From Solirubrobacteraceae bacterium (GTDB taxonomy: Bacteria; Actinomycetota; Thermoleophilia; Solirubrobacterales; Solirubrobacteraceae): a DNA stretch of 64,000 nt. The stretch is from NCBI GenBank assembly GCA_049509055.1, contig JBELAG010000001.1, positions 8,895-72,894 of the forward strand. Reading direction: 5' to 3'. The notes beneath the pieces were generated by a model. The model saw only the letters and a list, made by a program, of their open reading frames with translations. It was not told the origin of the DNA and made no database searches. Made by a program: the position numbers and the translations under genes. This document shows, piece after piece, positions 10,698-20,140 of this stretch (position 1 is its first letter; every line of letters begins with the position of its first letter).

Positions 10698-11909
10698 ATG
10701 GAAGGAGGCATCCAGGTCCATCCCGAGACCCCGCCCGGCGCGCTCGCGCCCCAGCTCGGCGGCGGCGACGGTCGCGACCGGCCGCTGCGGATCCTCGTCC
10801 TCGCCGACCGCGACTGGACGCATCCGCAGGGCGGCGGCACCGGCGCCAACGTCTATGAGAACGTGATCCGCTGGGCGCGCTGGGGCAATCGGGTGACGCT
10901 CGTCGCGGGCGAGTATCCGGGCTGCCGGGCGGTGGAGGAGATCACCCCCAACCTCGTCGTGCACCGGATGGGCGGCCGCGGATCGGTGTTCCCCCGGGCG
11001 ACATGGGCCGTGCTGCGCGGTCTGGGCGCCGATGCCGACGTCGTCTTCGAGGTGATCAACGGGATCACCTTCCTGACCCCGCTGTGGCTGCGCAAGCCGT
11101 GCGTGGCGCTCGTCAACCATCCTCATCGCGACCTCTACATCGGCGAGTTCGGGCGGCGCCTGGGGCGGCTGCTGTCCGCCGGGCTGGAGGAGGTGCCGCT
11201 GCGCATGCTCTACCGCCGGGTCCCGTTTCTGACGATCTCGGACTCGGCCCGGCAGGAGCTCGTCTCGATCGACGGGATCCCGCTCGAGCACATCACGATC
11301 GCCTACTGCGGGGTCGGCCCGGGCGACTTCAGCCCCGGGGAGCGCTCGCCGGACCCCCGCCTGCTGTACGTCGGCCGCCTGAAGGCCTACAAGCGGATCG
11401 AGGTGCTGCTCGACATGCTGACCGACCTGCCCGGCGTGACGCTCGACGTCGCCGGCGCCGGCGACCACGGCGAGACGCTCGACGGGGAGATCTCCAAGCG
11501 CGGTCTCGGCTCCCGCGTCCGGGTCCACGGCTACGTCGACGAGCAGACGAAGGCCGATCTCTACCGCCGGGCGTGGGTGCACGTCACCGCCTCGGTGTCG
11601 GAGGGCTGGTCGCTGACGGTGATGGAGGCGGCGCTGTGCGGGACGCCGAGCGCGGCGCTGCCGTGCGGCGGCCTGCGCGAGTCGATCGTCGACGGGGAGA
11701 CCGGAGTGCTGGCCGCCGATCCCGCCCAGCTGACGATCCGCGTCCGCGAGCTGCTGAAGGACGGCGCGCTGCGTGACCGGCTCGGCGCCGCCGCCCTGGC
11801 GCGCGCCCGGACGTTCACCTGGGAGCGCACGGCGGCCACGACGCTGGCCGTCGTCCAGCGTCAGGCCGCGGTGGCCGCCTCGCGATCGCGCCGCCTGCCC
11901 CGGGCGTGA
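10698..11909 (+). CDS. Glycosyltransferase family 4
   Basis: LRILVLADRDWTHPQGGG, LLYVGRLKAYKR, EGWSLTVMEAALCGTP. ATG 10698. Confidence 0.9.
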   Translation: MEGGIQVHPETPPGALAPQLGGGDGRDRPLRILVLADRDWTHPQGGGTGANVYENVIRWARWGNRVTLVAGEYPGCRAVEEITPNLVVHRMGGRGSVFPRATWAVLRGLGADADVVFEVINGITFLTPLWLRKPCVALVNHPHRDLYIGEFGRRLGRLLSAGLEEVPLRMLYRRVPFLTISDSARQELVSIDGIPLEHITIAYCGVGPGDFSPGERSPDPRLLYVGRLKAYKRIEVLLDMLTDLPGVTLDVAGAGDHGETLDGEISKRGLGSRVRVHGYVDEQTKADLYRRAWVHVTASVSEGWSLTVMEAALCGTPSAALPCGGLRESIVDGETGVLAADPAQLTIRVRELLKDGALRDRLGAAALARARTFTWERTAATTLAVVQRQAAVAASRSRRLPRA

Positions 11910-12673
11910 GCGTGCCGGCGGCCGCCGGCGGCGCGCGCTTTGCCGACGCGCTGGCCCGGGTCGGGGGCGTGCAGGGCTGGCTGACCGACGCGCAGGCCCG
12001 CTGTCTGTGGGACGCGGCCGGCGCCGTGGCGCCCGGCGGCCGGATCGTCGAGATCGGCTCCTTTCACGGCCGCTCGACGATCGTGATGGCCTGCGCGCTG
12101 CGCGACGGCGTCGAGCTGATCGCGATCGACCCCCACGGCGGCGGGGACCGCGGGCCGCAGGAGATCACGCCCGATGCCGCCGCGGGCGAGCGCGACCATG
12201 CGGCGTTCGCCGCCAACCTCCACGCGGCGGGCGTCGAGGACCGGGTGCGACACGTGCGGGCGATGTCGGACGCGGCGCTCGGGGAGGTGGCCGGGCCGAT
12301 CGACGTCCTCTATGTCGACGGCGCCCATCGCTACCGGCCGGCCAGCGCCGACATCGCGCGCTGGGGGGCGCGGGTGGCGCCGGGGGGCTCGATGCTGATC
12401 CACGACTCGTTCAACGCGATCGGCGTGATGCTCGCCCAGCTGCGGCTGCTCGTGTTCTCGCGGCGCTGGCGCTACGGCGGGCGCCGCGGCTCGCTCGCCG
12501 TCTACCGCCGCGAGCCCGAGCCGCTCGCCGGCGCCGACGTCGCGGTCAACGCCATCCGCCAGCTGGCGGAACTCCCGTACTTCGCGCGCAACCTGCTCGT
12601 CAAGGTCGCGGTCGTCGCGCGGATCGCGCCGCTGGCGCGGCTGCTGGGCCACGGCGGCGGCTGGCCCTACTGA
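11906..12673 (+). CDS. Class I SAM-dependent methyltransferase (Methyltransf_24-like)
   Basis: IVEIGSFHGRST and DVLYVDGAHRY motifs. GTGA coupling to the GT4 gene. Confidence 0.85.
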   Translation: MSVPAAAGGARFADALARVGGVQGWLTDAQARCLWDAAGAVAPGGRIVEIGSFHGRSTIVMACALRDGVELIAIDPHGGGDRGPQEITPDAAAGERDHAAFAANLHAAGVEDRVRHVRAMSDAALGEVAGPIDVLYVDGAHRYRPASADIARWGARVAPGGSMLIHDSFNAIGVMLAQLRLLVFSRRWRYGGRRGSLAVYRREPEPLAGADVAVNAIRQLAELPYFARNLLVKVAVVARIAPLARLLGHGGGWPY

Positions 12674-13557
12674 CCGGCGGCCTCGCGGTCGGCGGTCACC
12701 GGCCCGGCGGCGCTGGTGAGCGCCTCCAGGGCGGCGGGCAGCGCGAGCTCGGAGGCGGCGATCGTCACCGGCGGCGACTCCGGGTCGAGCCGTGGGTCGG
12801 CGAGCGGCACGGTGCGGGCGGGCCACGCCCGTCGCAGCCGCGGCCAGCGCAGGCTGGGGACCAGCCACAGCGCCTCGATCGCGATCGAGAGCGAGATCTT
12901 GCTCTCGCCGACCGTCCGGTCCCGGAACACGATCGGCACCTCGACGACGCGGAAGCCGGCTCGCTGCGCGCGGTAGCCGAACTCGATGTTGAAGACGTAA
13001 CCCTGTGAGCGCAGGGTGGCGAGATCCACGCCCTCCAGCACCTCGCGCCGGATCGCGCGATAGCCGCCGGTCAGGTCGCGCACCCCGACGCCCAGGATCG
13101 TGCGGGCGTACAGCGATCCGGCGCGGCTGAGCAGCCGCCGCAGCCGCGGCCACTGGACGATCGCGCCGCCGGGGACATAGCGGGAGCCGAGCACCAGGTC
13201 GTGGTCGAGGGCGGCGGCGAGCAGCTCGGGCAGGTGCCCGGGGTCGTGCGAGTAGTCGGCGTCCATCACGATCACCAGTTCGGCGCCGCCCGCGAGCGCG
13301 TGCTCGAAGCCGGCCCGGTAGGCGCGACCCAGGCCCTGCTTGCCGGCGCGGTGCAGGACCTCGACGCCGGGCAGCCGCGCGGCGAGCGCGTCGGCGACCC
13401 GTCCGGTGCCGTCGGGCGAGGCGTCGTCGACGATCAGCACCCGGTGGTCGCCGGGCGCGCTGAGCTGCAGTTGCGCCAGCACCGCGCGCACGATCCGCTC
13501 CACGTTGCCGGCCTCGTTGAAGGTCGGCACGGTCACCCAGATTCGGGGTCCATCCAT
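12667..13557 (-). CDS. ppm1: Polyprenol monophosphomannose synthase-like GT2
   Basis: VPTFNEAGN, IVDDASPDGTG, MDADYSHDP, DLTGGYRA, SQGYVFNIE, VPIVFRDRTVGESK. Confidence 0.85.
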   Translation of the reverse strand: MDGPRIWVTVPTFNEAGNVERIVRAVLAQLQLSAPGDHRVLIVDDASPDGTGRVADALAARLPGVEVLHRAGKQGLGRAYRAGFEHALAGGAELVIVMDADYSHDPGHLPELLAAALDHDLVLGSRYVPGGAIVQWPRLRRLLSRAGSLYARTILGVGVRDLTGGYRAIRREVLEGVDLATLRSQGYVFNIEFGYRAQRAGFRVVEVPIVFRDRTVGESKISLSIAIEALWLVPSLRWPRLRRAWPARTVPLADPRLDPESPPVTIAASELALPAALEALTSAAGPVTADREAAGQ

Positions 13558-13630
13558 GGGCAAACCCTACGCGGTCTCACCGCGCGCAACCGCCTTGGGG
13601 TGCGGTGGCCACCGATACGCTTCCCCGTCG

Positions 13631-16600
13631 ATGTCGAGGCCTCGCCGATCAGCGGGTGTCCCCGCGCTGCTCGGCGCCGGCGCGCTCGCGCTCGCCTTCA
13701 TCCAGCGGCCGGGGTGGGCGACCGCCGACACGAAGATCAACCTGCACGTCGATCCGGGCCGATTCCTCGCCGACGTCGCGTCGATGTGGACGTCGACCGG
13801 TCAGCTCGGCGACGTCCAGGCCGGTCAGCAGGCCGGCTACCTGTTCCCGATGGGGCCGTTCTTCGCCGCCGGCCACGCGCTCGGCCTGCCGGACTGGGTC
13901 GTGCAGCGGCTGTGGCTGGGCGCCGTGCTGGCGCTCGCCGCGTGGGGCGTGGCGCGGCTGGTCAGGGCGCTGCTGGACGCCGGTCCAGGGGCGGCGGCGC
14001 CGTCCACCGCAACCGCCGAGCTCGTGGCCGGCGCGGTCACGCTGCTCAACCCGTTCGTCGTCACCTACGCCAACCGCACGACGGTCACCTTCCTGGCCTA
14101 CGCTGCGCTGCCGTGGCTGATGCTGGCCGTCCACCGCGGGATCCGCGAGCCGCGCGGGTGGCGCTGGCCGGCGGTGATCGCGCTGCTGATCACCGCCTCC
14201 GGCGGCGGGATCAACGGGGCGGTGACAGCGTGGATGCTGCTCGGGCCGGTGCTGCTGGCGCTCTATGAGTGGCTGCTGGGCGCGGTGGGCCGGCGCGAGT
14301 TGACGGCGTTTCTCGTGCGGACGCTTCCGCTCACCGCGCTCGTCTCGCTGTGGTGGGTGATCCCGGCCTATGTCCAGTCCTCGTGGGGGATCGACTTCCT
14401 GCACTTCACCGAGCAGCCGGGGACCGTGTGGGGCACCACGAGCGCCACCGAGAGCCTGCGGCTGATGAGCTTCTGGCTGTCCTACGTCGGGATCGGCTTC
14501 GCCGGCCGGGCGATCCCCTACTTCGACGATTCCCGCACGCTGCTGTTCTCGGCCCCGGTGGTGGTCGCGTCGCTGCTGCTGCCGGCCGTCGCGCTCGGCG
14601 CGTTTGCGTGGGTCAGGCGCCGGCCCTACGGGCCGTTCCTGCTGACCCTGGCGCTCGTCGCGGTGCTGATCATGGGGGCCGGGTTCCCCGAGGGGACGCC
14701 GCTGCGCCACGGCCTGCACTTCACCTACAACCACGTCTCGGCAGTGCAGTTCCTGCGGGCCTCCTACAAGGCGGCGCCGCTGCTGGCGCTCGCGCTGTCG
14801 TGCCTGGCCGGCGCCGGCGCGGCCGAGCTGACGCGCCGGGTTTGGGGCGGGCCGCGACCGGGGCGGCGGCGGGCGCTGACGCTGGGCGCTGCGTCGGTGG
14901 CGGGCGCGGCCGTGCTCGCGCTGGCGGCGTGGCCGCTGGTCAGCGGCCGTGCGCAGGACGCCCAGGTGTCGTTTCAGCGCGTCCCGGCGGCCTGGCGTGA
15001 CGCAGCCGCCGAGCTGGACCGGCAGCTGCCGGCCAACTCCCGCGCGATCGTGCTCCCCGGCGACCTGTTCTCGTTCTACACCTGGGGCGGAACGGTCGAC
15101 CCGATCCTGCCGGCGCTGGCCACGCGGCCGGTGGCCGAGCGCGCCGAGGTGCCGTATTCCGATCTGCGCGCCACCGACCTGCTGTGGACGATCGACGGCC
15201 TCGTGCACCAGCAGCGCCTGCTGCCCGGCCAGCTCGAGCCGCTGCTGTCGCTGATCGGCGTGCGCTCGGTGGTCACCGGCAGCGACGACGACCCGGCTCG
15301 CAGCGACGCGCCGAACCCCGCCGACGCCGCCGCCGAGCTGGCCGCCCAGCCCGGGTTCGCGCGCCCCGCCCGCTCCTACGGGCCGGTGACGCGGTTTGCC
15401 CCGAGCGGGATCGGCCCCGACGCGCCGCTGCCCGAGGTGCGCCGGTATGACCTGCCGTCGGCCCGGGGGCTGGTGCGGGTCGAGCCGCGGGCGTCGCCGG
15501 TGGTCGTCGACGGGTCGGCCGGTGGCGTGGCGGGCCTGGCCGCGTTCGGCGCGCTGCCGGCCGGGCGCGCGCTGTTCTACGCCGCCGACCTGCCTCCCGC
15601 GCGGCTGCGCGCGGCGGTCGCCGACGGCGGACAGGTCGTGATCAGCGACTCCAACCGCCGCCAGGCGTTCGTGTCGGGGTCGCTGGAGCAGAACGCCGGG
15701 CCGGTGCTCACCCCCGAGCAGGACGTCAGCGCCGACGGGTTCGTACTCGACCCGTTCGGATCCGATCCCGAGGCGGGATCGTGTCGGTGGAGGCGCCGTA
15801 CTCCCCACAGATCCCCCAGTTTCCCGAGCACGCGCCGTTCGCGGCGATCGACGGCTCGCCTGCCACGGCGTGGTTGGCCGACCCCACGCTGGCGCCGTCG
15901 GATCGGTGGCTGCAGGTCGATTTCCCCCGCCCGCGTGACGTGTCGTCGGTGGCGCTGCTGCCCGACGGCGACGCCGGCGGGACGGTCCGCCGGGTGATGA
16001 TCGACGGGCGCAGCTTCGCGGTGCGCCCGGGGTGGAACCGGCTGGTGCTCGGCCTGCGCGACGTCGGGAGCCTGCGGGTGTCGCTGACCGCGGTGACGCC
16101 TCCGCGGCCGGGCGCGGTCGCCGGCGCGGGCGGGATCAGCGAGCTGCGGATCCCCGGAGTCCAGGCCCGGGAGGCGCTGCGCCTGCCGCTCGACGCCGCG
16201 CGCGCGCTGGCGGGGACCAATCTGCAGAGGGTCGAGCTCACGTATCTGTTCGAGCGTCAGACCGGCGATGACCCGTTCGCGCGCAACCTCGTCACCGGCC
16301 CGGCGTCGGCCCGCGACGTCCACGCGCCCGGCGACGCCGAGCAGACGATGCGCCGGCTGTTCACGGTGCCCGCCACCCGCCGCTTCACCGCCTCGGCGTG
16401 GGTGACGCCGTTCGCGCAGACACCCGACGACGCGCTCGACCGCCTCGCCGGCTACCGCGGACCGGTGCGGGCGACGTCGTCGAGCCGATACGACGGCGAG
16501 CCGCGGTGGCGGGCCTCGATGGCGCTCGATGGCCGTCCGGCGACCGCCTGGATCGCCGACTGGGCCGGGCCGGGCTCGGCGTGGTGGCAGGTGACCGCCG

Positions 16601-17883
16601 TGCGCCCGTTCCGTGTCTCGGCGCTCGTGCTGACGGCCCCCGCGCCGGCGGTCCGCCGGGCGACGAGCGTGCGGCTGCTGTGGCCCGGCGGGTCGGCGGG
16701 CCCGCTGGCCGTCTCGCCGGCGGGGATGGTCGCGCTGCCGGCGGCGCTCCGCGTGCGGCAGCTGCGGATCGTCGTGCTGGGCGCCCAGGCGCCTCCCGGC
16801 GCGAGCGCCGGTGACCGGTCGGCGGTCGGGATCGCGTCGATCACGGGCCTCGACGGGTTGCCGGCGATCGCCGGGGCGCGTCCCGGGCCGACCTTCACCG
16901 CCGGGTGCGGGACGGTCGCGCTGCGGGTCGGGGGCGCCGTGATGGCGCTGCGCGTGCACGGCGCCCGGTCGGCGTTCGCGGCCGGGCAGCCGCTGGCGGC
17001 CTCGTCGTGCGGGGCGCCGGTCGCGCTGGGCGCCGGGCAGCAGCTGCTGGCGGTCTCGCCCGGGGCGTTCGCGGTCGACGAGCTGCGCCTGGAGTCGCCC
17101 GCGCCGGCCGCCGGGGCCGCGCCCGCCGGGGGTGTGGCCGACCGCTCCGCGGTGCTCGACAGCGGCGTCGCCGGGCGCGGCTCCTACGACGACGTCCGGG
17201 TGCGGATCGCCGCGCCGTCGTGGCTGGTGCTCGGCGAGGGCTACAACCGCGGCTGGGAGGCGTTCTGCGGCGGGCACTCGCTCGGCGCGCCGACGCCGAT
17301 CGACGGCTACGCCAACGGCTGGCCGGTGGGCTCGCACTGCCGCGACGTCCGCTTCGCGTTCGCGCCCAACCGCCTGGCCGAGCTCGGCTACGTGGCCTCC
17401 GGGGTGGGCGGGATCGTCTGCGTGCTGCTGATCGCGGTCGCGCTGTGGCGCCCGCGCCCGCGCCCGCGCCCGCGCCGGCGCCGGCGCCGCTGCCGCGCGG
17501 GCGCGCCGCCGTCGCCGCTTGCCCCGCCCGCCGGGGTCGTTGACGACGATCCGCCCGGTCGTCGACCCGCGGCGCGCGCGCTGCGCGCGGCGGTGCCGGC
17601 CGCGTTGGTGTTCGGGTTCGTGTTCGGGATCATCCCCGGCGTGGTCGCCGCGCCCGCCATCTTCCTCGTCGCGTGGCGCGGGATCGGCGCCCGCGCGCTC
17701 ACCCTCGCCGCCGCCGGACTGCTCGCCGTCGTCGTCCCGGTCCTCTATCTCATCCACACCGGCGGCGAGGCGGGCGGCAACCACTTCGGCTATGCGATGG
17801 CCCACCTCGGGGCGCACTACGTCGGCGTCGCAGCCCTCGGCCTGCTTGCCGCCGCGCTGTGGCGCAGCCTCCCGCGGCGCTGA
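13631..17883 (+). pseudogene. aftD: AftD-like / DUF3367 GT-C paralogue 2, split by a frameshifting deletion at ~15775
   Basis: Frame 13631-15775 and frame 15775-17883 are together colinear with paralogue 1 (QRPGWATADTKINL; AAIDGSPATAW; GYANGW). It may be intact in the real genome. Confidence 0.8.
17449..17490 (+). repeat. Hexamer tandem repeat (CGCCCG)4(CGCCGG)2 in the aftD2 linker
   Basis: Directly visible; encodes [13 protein letters not shown]. Confidence 0.8.
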
Positions 17884-18217
17884 CGCTCACGGCCCGCCGA
17901 GGCTCGGTGGGCGATGCCGGCGCGACCGTCTGCGCCGTGCGCGACACCGCCCGGAGCGCGGTGGCGGCCGCAAGATCCGAGACCGCCAGACCGCCGAAGC
18001 TGGTCGCCGCCAGCACCCCCACGACGGTCCAGACGGTGGCAGTCGAGGCGGCGCGCTGGACCAGCCCGTCCACCGCCAGACGGATGAACAGCCCGGTGCG
18101 CGAGCGTCCCTCATGCGCGACGAGGTCGTCGATCAGCGCCGCGATCTCCGGGCCGTGGCGCTCGCGGACCCGGCGCGGGTAGAGCAGCAGGATCGTGCCC
18201 GTGAGGCGGTGCCTCAT
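17750..18217 (-). CDS. Hypothetical membrane protein, PadR partner type
   Basis: LLLYPRRVRERHGPEI N-terminus typical of PadR-linked proteins, plus one TM helix. The 3' end overlaps aftD2 and is uncertain. Confidence 0.55.
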   Translation of the reverse strand: MRHRLTGTILLLYPRRVRERHGPEIAALIDDLVAHEGRSRTGLFIRLAVDGLVQRAASTATVWTVVGVLAATSFGGLAVSDLAAATALRAVSRTAQTVAPASPTEPRRAVSVSAAGGCATARRQAGRGLRRRRSAPRGGPSHSRSGCRPPRRRCG

Positions 18218-18513
18218 GCGCCCCCCAGAGCGATCCGCTCGAGCCCGAGGCTCGCGATCCGGGCGGATTCGGCCAGGCGCTCGGCCAGCGCCGTCCGGCC
18301 CGCCGGCGTCAGCCGGTACGGGTAGCGCCGGTCGTCGGCCGGCAGGCGCTCCACGAAGCCGTCGGCCTCGAGCTTGGCGAGCGCGCCGTACAACGTCCCC
18401 GGTGACAGGGCGACCCCGGAGAAGCTCTCGATGTCCTTGATCAGCGCGTACCCGTGGCGGTCGCCGCCGGCAAGGCTGGTCAGGACGAGGACGCTGCGCT
18501 CGGCCACCCGCAT
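18214..18513 (-). CDS. PadR family transcriptional regulator
   Basis: LTSLAGGDRHGYALIKDI...PGTLYGALAKLEADGFV...YRLTPAG. Confidence 0.9.
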   Translation of the reverse strand: MRVAERSVLVLTSLAGGDRHGYALIKDIESFSGVALSPGTLYGALAKLEADGFVERLPADDRRYPYRLTPAGRTALAERLAESARIASLGLERIALGGA

Positions 18514-18518
18514 GCGAC

Positions 18519-19145
18519 TCAGAGTACGCCGATCCTGTCCAGCGGCCAGTAGGTGAAGAACGCGACGCCGATGATGTAGCGCTGCGGAACCGGGCCCCAG
18601 TAGCGGCTGTCGTCGGAGTCCCCGCGGTTGTCGCCCATCATGTAGACGTGGCCGGCCGGGACCCGGATCGAATGGGAGAACGTGCATTCGGCCGCGCCGC
18701 CGCAGGCGGAGACGTAGGCGTCCGGCTCCCGCTTGCCGTTGCGGATGACATGCCCGTCCACGATCCGCAGAACGTCGCCCGGTAGGCCGACGACGCGCTT
18801 GATGAAGGTCTGCGCCGATTCGCTGGCCAGCGGCCGATCGCACGGTTGTGCGAGGGCATCCCCATCGGTGCCGAACCCCTGCCGGGAGTCGGCACACTGG
18901 CCCGACCCGAGGTCCGCGCCGTGAGGTGGATGGAACACGACGACGTCCCCGATCCCAGGCTGAGTGTCCATCCGGTTGACCAGGACCCGCTGGTTGATGG
19001 CCAGCGTCGGCAGCATCGATCCGCTCGGGATCTTGTATGGCTTGACCACGAACGCCTGGATCAGCAGTGCGAGGCCGACCGCCACGGCGATCGTGACGAC
19101 CAGCTCCAACAGCGACCGCAGGCGGCGCTTCAATGACTCGGACAT
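18519..19145 (-). CDS. lepB: Signal peptidase I
   Basis: TM helix, IPSGSMLPTL (catalytic Ser), FIKRVVGLPGD (Lys), MGDNRGDSDDSRYWG. Confidence 0.95.
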   Translation of the reverse strand: MSESLKRRLRSLLELVVTIAVAVGLALLIQAFVVKPYKIPSGSMLPTLAINQRVLVNRMDTQPGIGDVVVFHPPHGADLGSGQCADSRQGFGTDGDALAQPCDRPLASESAQTFIKRVVGLPGDVLRIVDGHVIRNGKREPDAYVSACGGAAECTFSHSIRVPAGHVYMMGDNRGDSDDSRYWGPVPQRYIIGVAFFTYWPLDRIGVL

Positions 19146-19223
19146 CGTTATAACGGTTTCCGAGTGTACCAGCCTCTCAGCGGCGACGGACCACGCGCGG
19201 AGGAGACCTGGTTTGCTCTTGTC

Positions 19224-20070
19224 ATGCTCGAGCAAGCCGCAGGCCTGTCATCTCGAGCCTTGAGCGCGATCGCCGAGCTCGAGCGGGAGGTGGTGGCGGC
19301 CGACGGTGGCCGCTTGAAGCTCGAGTGGGGCGAGGCTTCGCCGCCGTGACGGCGGCCGCGTCGAGGACCTGCTGTGGTGGGAGGAGGACCGGCTGCGGGG
19401 CTTCCTGGGCTTGTATCGCTTCGGCCTGTCGCTGGAGCTGGCCGGCATGGTCGCGCCCGACGCTCGCCGGCGCGGCATCGGGACGGCGCTGTTGGCCGGC
19501 GCCGTGCCGCTCTACCGCGGGCTGGGCCACCGGCCGGTGCTGCTGATCGTTCCGCGCACCTCGGAGGCGGGGAGGCGTCTGGCGCTGCGCAACGGTGCGC
19601 GGTTCGATCACTCAGAGCACGCTCTGGTCCTGGCCGGCGATCCGATGCGCGGGCCGCACGAGCCGGCGCTCGGGATCCGCCCGGCGACCGCGGCGGACAT
19701 TCCCGTGGTCTCCCACCTGTTGGAGGTGGGGTTCGGAGGACCGGCGCCGGATGATCTCGCTGAGCGCCCGAGCTCGACACACGGGTCGACATCGGTCGTC
19801 GAGTTGGACGGCTCGGCGATCGGAACGCTGAGCCTGACGCGCGAGGGAGGCGACGGTCGCATCCACGGGTTTGTGATCGACCCCGCCTGGCAGGGCCGTG
19901 GCCTCGGCCGCGATGCGCTGAGGCGGGGGTGCGAGCAGCTCCGGGCCGATGGCGCGCGCCGCGTCGGCCTGGAGGTGGCCGTCGACAACGACCGAGCGCT
20001 CGCGCTGTACACGTCGATCGGCTTCACGCCGGTCACGACGGAGGATTATTTCGCGCTCCCCGTGAGCTGA
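19224..20070 (+). pseudogene. Tandem-domain GNAT acetyltransferase with a single-base frameshift at ~19335
   Basis: RBS GGAGGA then ATG 19224 MLEQAAGLSSRAL...LKLEWG continues in the +1 frame as LRRRDGGRVEDLLWW. Two acetyl-CoA motifs: RRRGIGTALL and QGRGLGRDAL. Confidence 0.8.
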
Positions 20071-20140
20071 TCGCGCTCTGCGGTGGCGGCATGGCAGCTC
20101 GGCGTCGTCGCCGACCGGCCGATCCTCAGCGGTGCGAGCG

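Noticed and set aside
17449-17490. Phase-variable microsatellite in aftD2
   Set aside because: The unit is 6 nt, so slippage keeps the frame; it encodes a linker. The same applies to the 12- and 18-nt coding repeats at ~31380, ~33180, ~42010 and 42482.
3078-17883. Mycobacterial-type arabinogalactan/LAM locus
   Set aside because: No emb, aftA/B, glf/glfT or DPA-synthesis genes are present, and the gene context differs.
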